A stretch of 64,000 bases of DNA from Candidatus Latescibacterota bacterium (GCA_965116885.1 OZ220741.1:4992001-5056000), one strand, 5' to 3'; shown: positions 40,304 through 51,600, counted from the stretch's first letter. The notes: generated from the letters alone by a model not told the origin. Numbers and translations are program-made.

Positions 40304-41777
40304 ATTCGTTCGCCTCTTGGGAGAAGCTTCCACGCCTTTTTTTAATTCTCCATACCAATAGCGCGACAAGCAGCGATACAAAACCTGCCACTACCCAGAA
40401 GATAAACGCATAGTATAACAGGGTTCTAAATGATGTTTTATCTGTGGATGGTAATGTTAGGGAAAGTGTTATGGAATTGTCATTAGTCAGGTATTGATCT
40501 ACCAGACGCGGGATATCGTCTCTGTGGGCAGATTTGAGATCATTTATCAATCTTGGATACAACAGGGGATCTTTGGTATGGGCAAATGCCCGCCCGAATT
40601 CATTGGCCATATATGAGCGGTCGTAAAATCTGGAATACATTGACTTTAAATACAAATTTTGGGCCGCAGTAAATTCATCTTCAGAGACACCATGCGTCCT
40701 AATTTCCTCCAATTCTGTTTGGATAGCGGTTTCAAGGGGATCTATGGAAGTGTCGTGTGGCAGGTCTGCCGAGAAACTCAGCAAACTAAATCCTTTAAGG
40801 TGATAAAACGACACCCTGAAAACCCTTGCGAGCTTAGAATCAATCACAGTAGATCGCAGGGAATTTGAGGCTTTGTTCAACATGCGAGCGAGAATGACCA
40901 AATTTGCATAGTCGCGATGGCCTAAATTGGGTGTGTGCCAACTCTTTCGGAATTTGGCAATACGGAGATTTTTTGAAGTATCTCTTACTCTCTTCCCGAG
41001 TATTTCAGGATTGGGAAATTGCGGAGGAGGCGATTCGCTCGATATTTCACCTGATATTTGCTCATTGCCATAAGCCTCGTCCAATTTGGTCAGAACATGG
41101 TCAACATCCACGTCGCCGACTACAACGACCAATCTCTTTTGGCGGCGCAAAAAATTCTCATGGTACGCTTTTAAACCGGCGGGTTCGAGTTGTTTAATAA
41201 AATCCTCAGTCCCAGCGCCACTAAAATCCTTCTTCCCATAGACCAAGCCCCAAAAGCGATTGGAAAAATTTCTCTGAAGATCTGACCGCCAGCGGCTTAT
41301 TTCCGTCAGTACAACTCTCTTCTCCTTTTCTACAACTTCTTCATTGATCACTGTGTCGTAATATCTATCGCGGTCTATCTCAACTGCGAGGTCAATTTTG
41401 TCCTTTGGAAATCTCATTACAAAGTATGTAGTATGATAAGAAGTAAAGGCATTTGATTGCCCCCCACTCTCGTTAATGATCTGTTTGAGTTGCCCATATT
41501 CATGGCTGCCAGTACCTGATATGATATGCTCTAAAAAGTGCAGCCTGCCTTGTTTACCCTCTTCCTCATCTACCGAGCCAGCGCTGTAGTAGGTATGGTA
41601 TTCAAAGGTCGAAATTGTGCTATCCACGACGATAACGGCGTCGAGATTGGGATTGATAGTATAATGCCGCGCGGTGAGTTTTTTGGACAACACCTCCGTC
41701 CCAACAAGCTCGTAGGCAAGACATATATCCGACAAGCCGCATACGATGAACACAATAAGTGCGTGCGTTTTCATCAT
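40281..41777 (-). CDS. M16B peptidase catalytic subunit (copy 1) with a C-terminal TM helix
   Basis: HFLEH, NAFT and EKRVVLTE; close paralog of 37397-38866. Confidence 0.85.
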   Translation of the reverse strand: MMKTHALIVFIVCGLSDICLAYELVGTEVLSKKLTARHYTINPNLDAVIVVDSTISTFEYHTYYSAGSVDEEEGKQGRLHFLEHIISGTGSHEYGQLKQIINESGGQSNAFTSYHTTYFVMRFPKDKIDLAVEIDRDRYYDTVINEEVVEKEKRVVLTEISRWRSDLQRNFSNRFWGLVYGKKDFSGAGTEDFIKQLEPAGLKAYHENFLRRQKRLVVVVGDVDVDHVLTKLDEAYGNEQISGEISSESPPPQFPNPEILGKRVRDTSKNLRIAKFRKSWHTPNLGHRDYANLVILARMLNKASNSLRSTVIDSKLARVFRVSFYHLKGFSLLSFSADLPHDTSIDPLETAIQTELEEIRTHGVSEDEFTAAQNLYLKSMYSRFYDRSYMANEFGRAFAHTKDPLLYPRLINDLKSAHRDDIPRLVDQYLTNDNSITLSLTLPSTDKTSFRTLLYYAFIFWVVAGFVSLLVALLVWRIKKRRGSFSQEANEYVSTSDA

Positions 41778-41786
41778 GTGTAATAC

Positions 41787-42812
41787 TCACGAAAGTTCGA
41801 CATCCACCGGAGCTTTTCGCTCGATACTATCGCAAATCGCTTCGCATACCACCATCGCCTGACACGCATCTCTCAGAGTTGGCGAACCTGACTCCCCTTT
41901 TTGTACAGCCCGCGCAAAAGCCTGCATTTGTCCCCAGTACCCACCTCGTTTTTCCGCATTGTCCCGCACCGCAGGCGAATAAGACTGGGACGGAATACCG
42001 GGCGAGGGTTGGTATCCCCCTTCGGACGAGTGGGGTTCAAAATCCAACGTGTGCAAATTCACCAAACGCAAATGCGCCCGTGCATCGCCCGCCGCTTCAA
42101 TCTTACACGTCCAATTTGGGGTACAACCCGTCAGCGTAATCATCCCCGTGGCACCGCTATCAAAATGCGCGGTACAGGCAATTGCAAATCGCCCACCCTC
42201 ACCAACCGACAAATTCGCGTAAACCCGCTCGATCTCCCCACCCAAAAAACGCGCAAGATCTACCGCGTGTGTTGACTGAAAAATCATATACTGCCAGCCC
42301 GCGCGATAGTCCATATCATCCTGCCACATCGGGCTGGGCATAAAATATCGGCTCTCCAAAAAGAGCAATTTTCCAAACTCGGGCGTCGCCATCAGTTCTC
42401 GAAATTTCTGCACCCCAGGCGCGTGTCGCATATTGTGACCGATCTGCGTAATCAGCCCTCGTCCCTCAGCCATATCGGCCAACTCCCGCGCATGCGCTGT
42501 TAAACGCGCCGGTGGCTTCTCCATCATCAACGGCAACCCCGCCGCCAGCACCTGCTTGCCGCACTCAAAATGCATATCTGGCGGCCCCACAACCATCACG
42601 GCATCCAGATCTTCCTTCTCGATCATATCAGACAAATTGGTGTACCATCTTCTCGCCCCAAAAAACCGCGCATTCCGCTCTGCCAGTTCCGCTTGCAAAT
42701 CACAGCAGGCGTACAGGTCCAATTCCGGTATGGTTGCAAAATTGGGATACCACGATGCACTCGCCTGTCTCCCACAGCCAACAAACCCAACGCGAACAGG
42801 TGCGTCACTCAT
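41787..42812 (-). CDS. Gfo/Idh/MocA oxidoreductase
   Basis: VGFVGCG, MEKP and THAVD motifs. Confidence 0.9.
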   Translation of the reverse strand: MSDAPVRVGFVGCGRQASASWYPNFATIPELDLYACCDLQAELAERNARFFGARRWYTNLSDMIEKEDLDAVMVVGPPDMHFECGKQVLAAGLPLMMEKPPARLTAHARELADMAEGRGLITQIGHNMRHAPGVQKFRELMATPEFGKLLFLESRYFMPSPMWQDDMDYRAGWQYMIFQSTHAVDLARFLGGEIERVYANLSVGEGGRFAIACTAHFDSGATGMITLTGCTPNWTCKIEAAGDARAHLRLVNLHTLDFEPHSSEGGYQPSPGIPSQSYSPAVRDNAEKRGGYWGQMQAFARAVQKGESGSPTLRDACQAMVVCEAICDSIERKAPVDVELS

Positions 42813-43357
42813 TTCTCACCCCTCAGTTTATTGCGAAACGACTTGCGAAACTTTTGCACCTTGGGATTGATAACAAAGATGCAATACGGTTGATACGGAT
42901 TCTCCACAAAATAATTCTGATGATACGCTTCCCCCTCGTAAAATATTGGAAGCGGCGCAATCTCCGTCACAATCGGATCGGGCCACAAATCCGATGCCTC
43001 TGTCTCTGCCATTGACTGCTCGGCAATTTCTTTCTGCTGTTCATCGTGATAATAGATCACCGACCGATACTGCGTACCCACGTCATTCCCCTGGCGATTC
43101 AAAGTCGTCGGGTCATGCGTGCGCCAGAAAATGAACAGGATCTCCTCAAATGAAATCACAGTCGGATCAAACACAATCTGCACCACCTCTGCGTGCCCTG
43201 TAGTGCCTGAACACACCTCCTCGTATGTCGGATTCTCCACCGTTCCCCCCGCGTATCCCGACACGACTTTATGCACGCCAATCACATCCTGATAAATCGC
43301 CTCCACGCACCAGAAACACCCGCCTCCAAGCGTCGCGGTCTCCATTGTCCTGGACAT
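42809..43357 (-). CDS. msrA: Peptide methionine sulfoxide reductase A
   Basis: GGGCFWC, TGHAEVVQ, HDPT, GTQYRS and YHQNYF motifs. Confidence 0.96.
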   Translation of the reverse strand: MSRTMETATLGGGCFWCVEAIYQDVIGVHKVVSGYAGGTVENPTYEEVCSGTTGHAEVVQIVFDPTVISFEEILFIFWRTHDPTTLNRQGNDVGTQYRSVIYYHDEQQKEIAEQSMAETEASDLWPDPIVTEIAPLPIFYEGEAYHQNYFVENPYQPYCIFVINPKVQKFRKSFRNKLRGEK

Positions 43358-43406
43358 ATCGATACTCCTTATTTAGGTGCTTATGTCTTGCACTGCCCGA
43401 TGTTCT

Positions 43407-44504
43407 TCAGAAAACCTGTGAAAAGGTGATGTAGATCGCCCTGCGACCACCCGAGATGCCGTAGTCGGCCCGCACGATCGTGCTCTGCCAGTGACAACGC
43501 AGACCCATGCCGATACCACCGCGCCATCCGTCGCGCGTCGGCAGCGCGTCGCGGGCAAAGATCTGCCCCATGTCGCCGAAGGCCACCAGCCCCAGATACA
43601 GGTGCTGCCGGTGCCATACCGGCATCCCGCGCCAGCGCAACTCGCCGTTGAACACAATCCGCGCCTCGCCCCGGTCCCTGGCATGGGCTATGCCGCGGAC
43701 CGTGCTGCCGCCTCCCAGTTCCAGTTCTTCGTAGAAGGGCAAGTCCCCGATGGTCCAGTTGACGCGCAGGCGATTGGCGACCACCAGTCCGCGCCCCAAG
43801 GTGTGGAAGTGTCGGTGGTCGAAACCGAGCGTCACCCCCTGGTAATCTCCACCGCCGCCAACCCCAAAGTCCACCAGCAACTCCTCCAGCACGCCCGAGG
43901 TCGCATTGTTGTAATTGTCGCGGGTGTCGTAGCGCAACGAACCGACAAACTGCGCGAACGCGCCCCCGTCCGCGCCGAGAGGGTCGAGCGTGGAGAGGAC
44001 GCCATCGGCGGCATTCGGCTCAATATCGCAGTGGCTTAAACGCCCCCCGAGACGCAGGTGCCAAGGGATGCGCAGGGTGCGGATCCACTTGACCTTGAAC
44101 TCCGGAAAAGCTTGTCGGAACGTCCTCTGTTCCCGCGAATATCCGGCGATATCCTCGTCGCTGAGGCCACCGTAGTAATTGGCGAATTCCTCCTTCTCGT
44201 AAACCAGTTCGGCCTCGAGCCGCTGCTTGGCCCGAAATTCAGGCGTATCCACGAGCAAGCGGTGTACCCACTTGCCCTTGGTTGAAATAAATACCTGGGC
44301 ACTGTATTTGCGGCGATAGGGTACGCTCTGACCGTCGTATTCGAAGAGATTGACCCGCAGCCCGTATCCCATGCCATCGTCCGAGTTGAAATTCAGCAGC
44401 GGTACCGCGGTCGGTCGCCAGCCGACTGTCTCGTAGACCTGTTGTGCCTCACTCGGACAAGCCCACGCGAGCACCAGGGCCACCACAATGTTTCGATTCA
44501 GCAT
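43407..44504 (-). CDS. Omp85/BamA-TamA family barrel without POTRA domains
   Basis: Signal peptide, LRYDTRDN, LGGGSTVRG and ELR motifs, C-terminal Phe. Confidence 0.8.
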   Translation of the reverse strand: MLNRNIVVALVLAWACPSEAQQVYETVGWRPTAVPLLNFNSDDGMGYGLRVNLFEYDGQSVPYRRKYSAQVFISTKGKWVHRLLVDTPEFRAKQRLEAELVYEKEEFANYYGGLSDEDIAGYSREQRTFRQAFPEFKVKWIRTLRIPWHLRLGGRLSHCDIEPNAADGVLSTLDPLGADGGAFAQFVGSLRYDTRDNYNNATSGVLEELLVDFGVGGGGDYQGVTLGFDHRHFHTLGRGLVVANRLRVNWTIGDLPFYEELELGGGSTVRGIAHARDRGEARIVFNGELRWRGMPVWHRQHLYLGLVAFGDMGQIFARDALPTRDGWRGGIGMGLRCHWQSTIVRADYGISGGRRAIYITFSQVF

Positions 44505-44707
44505 AGGCCGATCCTCACGTTTGATGAACTGCAAATGCTGAAAACTGCGTCACTATTTTTACTTCCTTATCCACCGTTTGTCAAGGCGAAATCGGAATCC
44601 CGCCGCACAACAGATGGCGATTTTCTATTTGACACACGCGCGCTATCCTATCAAATTAAACCCTTGTTTTAGACCGCTACTTTTCCCCAACCTTAAAGGA
44701 GATTTAC

Positions 44708-45532
44708 ATGCCCCAACGGGAATTCAACCTCAAATACGCCCCGCATTACGGCCATTTCTCAAACAGTGCGGGCGATGACTATCTCGATCAACTCAAATAC
44801 GCCGCGGATCAGGGCTTTACAGCCTGGGAAGACAATGGCATGCCCAAACGCGACATCGGAATGCAAGAAAAAATCGCCGCAGAAATGACCCGATTAAACC
44901 TCGAAATGGGTGTTTTTGTCGCCACGGGATCTTTTTCAGATGTCACATTTGCCGGCGACGATGAAGATGCAAAACAGGCCGTCTTAAAAGATATCAAAGC
45001 CGCCATTGAAGTTGCCAAGCGCGTAAATGCAAAATGGTGTACGGTCGTGCCCGGGCTTTACGACTTAAAACTCGCGTGGGATTATCAAACAGCCAATGTG
45101 ATCGAACTGCTCAAACGGTGCTGCGACATTCTCGAAGAATCGGGTCTGGTAATGGTGTTGGAACCGCTCAACCGCTTGACAAACCATCCCCGCGTTTATC
45201 TGGCTGGCTCGCCGCAAGCATATCTGGTCTGCCAGGCCGTCAACCACCCGTGTTGCAAAATCCTCTTTGACATCTACCACCAGCAAATCACCGAAGGCAA
45301 TCTCATTCCCAATATCGACCGTTGCTGGTCTGAAATCGGCGTTTTTCAAGTGGGAGACAACCCCGGTCGCAAAGAACCCACCACTGGCGAAATCAACTAC
45401 AAAAGTATCTTCAAACATCTACATGAAAAAGGCTGTACAAGCATCGTCGGCATGGAACACGGCATCAGCCTGCCCGGCAAAGAAGGCGAAGACCGCCTGA
45501 TCCAGGCTTATGTCGAATCGGATGATTTTTAG
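44708..45532 (+). CDS. Hydroxypyruvate isomerase-like TIM barrel (xylose isomerase-like)
   Basis: LEPLN, LFDIYHQQITEGN and GDNPGRKEPTTGEINY motifs. Confidence 0.88.
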   Translation: MPQREFNLKYAPHYGHFSNSAGDDYLDQLKYAADQGFTAWEDNGMPKRDIGMQEKIAAEMTRLNLEMGVFVATGSFSDVTFAGDDEDAKQAVLKDIKAAIEVAKRVNAKWCTVVPGLYDLKLAWDYQTANVIELLKRCCDILEESGLVMVLEPLNRLTNHPRVYLAGSPQAYLVCQAVNHPCCKILFDIYHQQITEGNLIPNIDRCWSEIGVFQVGDNPGRKEPTTGEINYKSIFKHLHEKGCTSIVGMEHGISLPGKEGEDRLIQAYVESDDF

Positions 45533-45556
45533 ATCCGCAGATAGACGCAGATGAAA
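45533..45556 (+). repeat. ATCCGCAGATG-family repeat, copy 5
   Basis: ATCCGCAGATAGACGCAGATGAAA immediately after the TAG stop. Confidence 0.7.
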
Positions 45557-45628
45557 GGCGAGGAACCGGTGGAGTGGCCCTCTTACGTCTTGCGTCGCAC
45601 CTTTCACGCCTTTTAAGGAGCCTATCTC

Positions 45629-46627
45629 ATGAAAGCAATTCTCGTCGGCCTCGGTGGTCGTGCGCGTCACTGGCAGGCCGCGTGCGAAGCACATCCCGAA
45701 GTCGAATTGGTCGCCTATGTCGAACCCTCAGAAGAAAATAAAAAACGCGCGATAGAAGAACGCGGCGTCCCTGCGAATCTCATCTACGACGACCTCAGCG
45801 ATGCCGCCTCAGTAGAAGCTGACTTTGTCGTTGACGTCACCCCACCCGCAGTTCACGAAATCATCGCGATGAAAGCCTTTGATGCGGGCCTCAATCTATT
45901 GGGCGAAAAACCCCTGAGCGATGACTTCGAAGCCGCCAAACGCATCGTTGAAGCGGGTAAAAAAGCGGGTGTCAAACACATGATCACACAGAACTATCGC
46001 TTTAATGAACTGCCCCGCACCACGCGGCGCCTGCTCGAAGCCAGACATATTGGCGATGTGGCGCAACTCGACGTATCTCTCTATGTCGATTGGGCAGACA
46101 ACCCGGGCAGTCACTATGTGACAGAACCCTATATGTTCCTCACCGACATGGGCATCCACCACTTTGACATGATGCGCTATACCCTCAATGCCGACCCCGT
46201 CAGCGCACACGCCATCACCTGGAATTTGCCCTGGGGCTGGCATCGGGGCGACGCCTGTCAGATTATCGTCTTCAAATTTGAAAACGGCATTGTCGCCACA
46301 CATCGCGGTATTGGCTGTACAATGGGACATGTACCTGCGGGACACAATGGCGAATGGCGCTACGAAGGACCAAAAGGCACGTTGACGTGGGAGGGCTTTG
46401 ACCTCTTTTACACGCTCAAGCACAAACAAAATCCACAAATCCGCGAGCAAATCGAACTCGATGAAACCGACGGACCAAATCCAGTGCTCAACGAATTTGT
46501 CCGCGCCCTTCGCGAAGACCGCCAACCCGAATGCAATGCCGAAGACAACCTGAAATCCATGTCCATGGTCTTCGGAGCCGTCACAAGTGCGAAAGAAGGA
46601 CGCGAGGTACAATTATCAGAACTATAA
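45629..46627 (+). CDS. Gfo/Idh/MocA oxidoreductase
   Basis: VGLGG, EKP, QNYRF and DMGIHHFD motifs. Confidence 0.9.
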   Translation: MKAILVGLGGRARHWQAACEAHPEVELVAYVEPSEENKKRAIEERGVPANLIYDDLSDAASVEADFVVDVTPPAVHEIIAMKAFDAGLNLLGEKPLSDDFEAAKRIVEAGKKAGVKHMITQNYRFNELPRTTRRLLEARHIGDVAQLDVSLYVDWADNPGSHYVTEPYMFLTDMGIHHFDMMRYTLNADPVSAHAITWNLPWGWHRGDACQIIVFKFENGIVATHRGIGCTMGHVPAGHNGEWRYEGPKGTLTWEGFDLFYTLKHKQNPQIREQIELDETDGPNPVLNEFVRALREDRQPECNAEDNLKSMSMVFGAVTSAKEGREVQLSEL

Positions 46628-46639
46628 AAAGGAGAACCC

Positions 46640-47947
46640 ATGGTAGATTTACAGGGTGACACGAATTGGTTTACGCATGATCGATTTGGATTATTCATCC
46701 ACTGGGGATTATACGCATTGCCCGCACGGCACGAGTGGGTAAAGCAGCGAGAAGAAATATCCGACGCGCAATACGATCGGTATTTGAAATACTTTGATCC
46801 GGATTTGTACGATCCCGAAGCCTGGGCAGATGCGGCGGCCAATGCGGGCATGAAGTATTTTTGTGTCACCACCAAACACCACGAAGGCTTCGCGCTGTGG
46901 GACTCCAAACTGACGGAATACAAAGCGACCAATACACCCGCGCGCAGAGATTTGTTAAAACCCATGGTAGAAGCGTTTCGCTCACGGGGTATGAAGATCG
47001 GCTTTTACCATTCCCTGATCGACTGGCACCACCCGCATTTCAGAATTGACGCCATTCACAGCATGCGGAACCATCCCGATAAGGACAAACTGAACGAACC
47101 CCGCGACCAGGCCCAATACGCGGCGTATTTGCGCGGTCAAGTCCGCGAATTGCTCACCGAATACGGCAAAGTGGATATGCTATTTTACGATTTCAGCTAT
47201 CCGGCTGGCGCAAGGGGCAGGCCCGAAGGTTTTGACGGCAAAGGGCGAGATGATTGGAACAGCATTCAACTGATGAAAATGACGCGCGAGTTGCAGCCGG
47301 GTATTGTGATTAACGACCGACTGGACCTTGACGACGTGGAAGGCGGATGGGATTATCGCACACCCGAACAATTTATGCCGCGCGAGTGGGTCACCTATCA
47401 GGGCGAGCGCGTATTGTGGGAGACCTGCCAGACATTTTCGGGATCGTGGGGCTATCACCGCGATGAAACGAGTTGGAAAAGCATCGAGCAACTGGTGCAA
47501 ATGCTCGTCGGTGTGGTAAGCCGCGGGGGCAATTTATTGCTCAATGTCGGACCCACCGGACGCGGGGTATTTGACGATCGGGCATTGAAATGTCTGAGCG
47601 AAATGGGCGAATGGATGAAATGGCACAGCCGATCCATTTACGGGTGTACTGCCGCGCCAGAGGAATTTCAAACGCCAGAGGATTGCCGCTTGACCTACAA
47701 TCCCGAGACCAATCGGATGTACGTACACCTGTTCACCTATCCGTTCCGCCATCTGCATCTCGACGGATTTGCCGGCAAGGTAGAATACGCCCAGTTATTA
47801 AACGATGCTTCAGAAGTGCGATTTCATCAGCCCCGTGCTGGACACACGGGAGACAGCAGTATCGAAAGAGAAACCCTCACACTGGAATTACCCGTGCAAA
47901 AACCCAATGTAACAGTACCTGTGGTCGAGTTATTTCTGAAGGAGTGA
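46640..47947 (+). CDS. Alpha-L-fucosidase (GH29)
   Basis: RFGLFIHWG, TTKHHEGF, YDFS nucleophile region, INDR and LLLNVGP motifs. Confidence 0.93.
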   Translation: MVDLQGDTNWFTHDRFGLFIHWGLYALPARHEWVKQREEISDAQYDRYLKYFDPDLYDPEAWADAAANAGMKYFCVTTKHHEGFALWDSKLTEYKATNTPARRDLLKPMVEAFRSRGMKIGFYHSLIDWHHPHFRIDAIHSMRNHPDKDKLNEPRDQAQYAAYLRGQVRELLTEYGKVDMLFYDFSYPAGARGRPEGFDGKGRDDWNSIQLMKMTRELQPGIVINDRLDLDDVEGGWDYRTPEQFMPREWVTYQGERVLWETCQTFSGSWGYHRDETSWKSIEQLVQMLVGVVSRGGNLLLNVGPTGRGVFDDRALKCLSEMGEWMKWHSRSIYGCTAAPEEFQTPEDCRLTYNPETNRMYVHLFTYPFRHLHLDGFAGKVEYAQLLNDASEVRFHQPRAGHTGDSSIERETLTLELPVQKPNVTVPVVELFLKE

Positions 47948-47951
47948 AAAA

Positions 47952-48659
47952 ATGACAATGACTGAAACAGACCTCCGCAAACTCAGTGCCGACGAGGTGG
48001 CGATCTATCGCGAACAGGGCTATGTGATTGTGCCAGACGTTTTTCCGCTGGAGGAACTCGCGGAAATCGACCGCGAGATCGATCGACTTCAGGAAACACA
48101 AAAAAAAACGGGGCGCAACAAGGGATGGATCATGCAGTTGGGATTGCGCTCAGAAGTGACCCGCCAATTTGTACAGGATGAGCGGGTATTGACGCTGATC
48201 GAAGACATTGTAAAACCCGGCATTTCGATTTATTCGGCAAAGTTGACGGCAAAAGTGCCGCATTCCAACGACATCTGCCACTGGCACCAGGACGACGCGT
48301 ATTACAATACACGCGTCCTGAGCAAAACGCGCATGTCCACCTGGATACCGCTACAGGATGCAGATGAGACAAATGGGTGTTTGTGGGTCGTGCCACAAAG
48401 CCATAAGGGCGGCGTGGTCACGCATGGGCCATTTGGCGGACAATGCCCAAAGTGTATGGGGCCAGCCGATCTCATGTTCGACGATGCGATCCCCTGTCCT
48501 GTAAAAGCCGGGGATATCCTTTTATTCCACGCCTGTTTGTGGCATCATTCCAAAGGCAACCAGACAGACCACGTGCGGCGGGCGTTTATTGTCTCGTATC
48601 AAGAAGCCACTGTGCCCCGTGGCAATGCCGATCAGTATAAAATTCTGAGGTCCGCTTAG
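47952..48659 (+). CDS. Phytanoyl-CoA dioxygenase (PhyH) family
   Basis: WHQD, NGCLWVVPQSH and WHHS...RRA motifs. Confidence 0.9.
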   Translation: MTMTETDLRKLSADEVAIYREQGYVIVPDVFPLEELAEIDREIDRLQETQKKTGRNKGWIMQLGLRSEVTRQFVQDERVLTLIEDIVKPGISIYSAKLTAKVPHSNDICHWHQDDAYYNTRVLSKTRMSTWIPLQDADETNGCLWVVPQSHKGGVVTHGPFGGQCPKCMGPADLMFDDAIPCPVKAGDILLFHACLWHHSKGNQTDHVRRAFIVSYQEATVPRGNADQYKILRSA

Positions 48660-48675
48660 AAAGACGTGCCGAGTA

Positions 48676-51600
48676 ATGACCCGCCTTCACACCCCCATCC
48701 GCGTATTATCCTTCCTATTCTTGTGCGCTACCCTATTGCACGCACCCACCTGGGCGCAATCTCAGGCAACCACCGGCGTTATCCGCGGCTTTGTGTGGGA
48801 TCAGTTCGGCAACCCCATTGGCAATGCCACCATCGCCCTCAAAGAAACCAGCACCAATTATCAGCGCACCCTCACATCATCCGATCTGGGGATATTCACC
48901 GCAACCCTGTTGCCCCTGGGTTTTTACGACATCACAGTACAGGCAGCGGGACAGGCAGAAGTGCGTCAAACAGGAGTGCAAGTGCGGGTTGGCGAGACAG
49001 TGGAACTCGTCTTCAAAATGGCATTGCAAATGGACGAAGTCCTCATTGAAGCCACGAGACCCGCCGTTGACATCACCCAGAGCGAAACAGCCACGCGCCT
49101 GCCCGAAGCAGCCGTGCAGGACCTGCCCAACAACGGACGCAATTTCCTCAACCTCACACTGTTGACCCCGGGCGTGAGCATCGTGCAAGGACCTGACGGC
49201 GATGAATTGACCATTGCCGGGCAGCGCGGCATACACAACAACATCTCGGTAGATGGCGCAGATTTCAACAACCCCTTCTTTGGCGAACAGCGCGGCGGAC
49301 AGCGCCCCGCCTTCACCTTTAATTTAAACGCAGTAGCCGAAATGGTGGTCATACCCCAGGGCGCCAATGCCGAATTTGGACGCTCCAGCGGGGGCTTTGT
49401 CAATGTCATCACCAAATCGGGCACCAATCAATTCCACGGCTCCGTGCATTTTTTTGGCAAACACGACGCCCTGTCCAGCACAGCAAGGCACAATGGGATA
49501 GAACGCACACCCAATTTCAAACAGGGGCAATTCGGCTTTACCCTGGGCGGTCCGCTAAAAAAGGACAAAGCATTTTTCTTTGCTGCCTACGACCAGCAGA
49601 TTTTCAGAGATACCAGACAGAACAATATTGAGCGCGGGGATGCCCGCCTGCGCCACTTCATGGCCTCCGCGTTCAACCTATCCGACGACTACGGCGCCAT
49701 TGACCGCACCAACGATGCCCACGCGTTTCTCCTCAAAGTCGATTACCACCTGTCGGAGGAACACTCCGCCACCTTCAAATACAATTACACCTGGTCCGAA
49801 CAGGAAAACGGCACCTTTGATGTTGACTCCTGGGCGCGCAGCGCCAATGCGATTGAAAGAGACTGGTCACACGCCTTTAACGGCAGTCTGATATCGCTTC
49901 TATCCCCCAGCACGATCAACGAATTCCGCTTCCAAATCGCCCGAGAAGACCGTCCCCGTCCCTACGGTGGACCGCAAAATTCCAATACCGGACGGCCCTT
50001 TCCCGATACGGGCATGGACTTTGTACACGGCTATCGCTTTGGCATGCCCTTCTTCATCCCCATCGAATACTACGACAGCCGCATCCAGTTGCTCAACAAT
50101 ATTTCCATAAGCAAGGACAATCATCTGATCAAAGCCGGGATCGAGTGGAACCGCGTCGAATCCGTCCAAACCTTTATCGGTTTTGCCAACGGGCGCTACA
50201 TCTTCAATTCTGTAGATGGCTTTCTCAACTTCGTCCAGCAGGGCAACAGTTATGTTGAATGCTCAGACGGCAGCACCAGCACCACCGGGACCTGTCCCGA
50301 AGGAACGGAAATCACCGGACCTGTCCTCATCTACTTGCAGCAGTCCGGCGTCGGCGGCCTGAGCGTGGAAGAAGCGGGCACACAGAAGATCCCTCAGCAC
50401 GAACTGGCTCTGTTTGTGCAGGACAGTTGGCAGCCCTCAAACAAACTCACACTCAACTACGGCTTGCGCTGGGAGGCGCAGATCCAGCCCGATGTAATCA
50501 CCGATCCAGACGAGGTCTTCTTCGCCGATTTCATTGGCAAAACTGTCACCAACCAGACGGGCACATACACATTCCCATCCAACGGCAAAATCCCCTCTGC
50601 CTGGGATATGTTCCAGCCGCGGTTGGGCATAGCTTACGATGTACACGGAGATAATAAGACCCTGTTGCGAGGCAGCGCGGGGATCTACTACGCCCGCATC
50701 CCGGGCTTGAACCTGGCGGGCACCCGCTCGACCAATGGCTCGCGCGGACAATCCATCTTCCGCTCCAGCGCACTGACGCCCATTTTGGGTCCGCCTCCGA
50801 CCTACGGCGAGTTATTGCCCTCACCCACTGGCGATCCCTTCCGCCCCAATATCTTTGTCTTCGACAAAAATTTTAAAAACCCCCGCACCATCAGCACGCA
50901 TGTGGGCCTCGAACGCGAATTGCATGCAAAGGGGGTAGTCGGTACCTTCGGCTATACATACTCCCGCACCGGCAATCTCACGCGCTTTATCAACCGCAAC
51001 GACGCAGTCTTCGGTTCTCCCTGGTCAACGGGTTTAGGTCCCGATAGCAGCAACGGCGTCGGCGACTTGGCCGTGGTCGAGAGCACAGCCAAATCGCGCT
51101 ATCACGGCCTCAGCTTTGGGCTGCGCCAGATGGTACAAGACAAATTCCAGTTCCAGATGAACTATACCCTGTCCTGGGACAAATCCGACGACGACAACGA
51201 GCGCGATCCCTTCACCTTCCGCTACGTCGATGCAACGCAATTGGACCGCGAATGGGGCTATTCAGACCGCGACCAGCGCCACCGCTTCAATCTGTGGACC
51301 CTATCCAGATTGCCCGGCGATATATTCCTCAACAATCGCGTAAGCTACTATTCGGCGCAACCCACCTCCGCATCCTGCACGGACCAGCCCACGACCAACC
51401 CCTGGGGCGCTACCTCTGACCGTATATGCGCCGACGGCAGCATTATCCAGCGCAACACCCTCCGCAAAGACAATGCATTCTTCTCCTGGGACACGCGTCT
51501 GTCCCGCCCCATCCCATTGGGCAACGGTCATCTGGAAGCCATCGTCGAAATCTTCAACCTGCTCAACACAGACAACTTCCGCGATCCTTCCACCGCGGGC

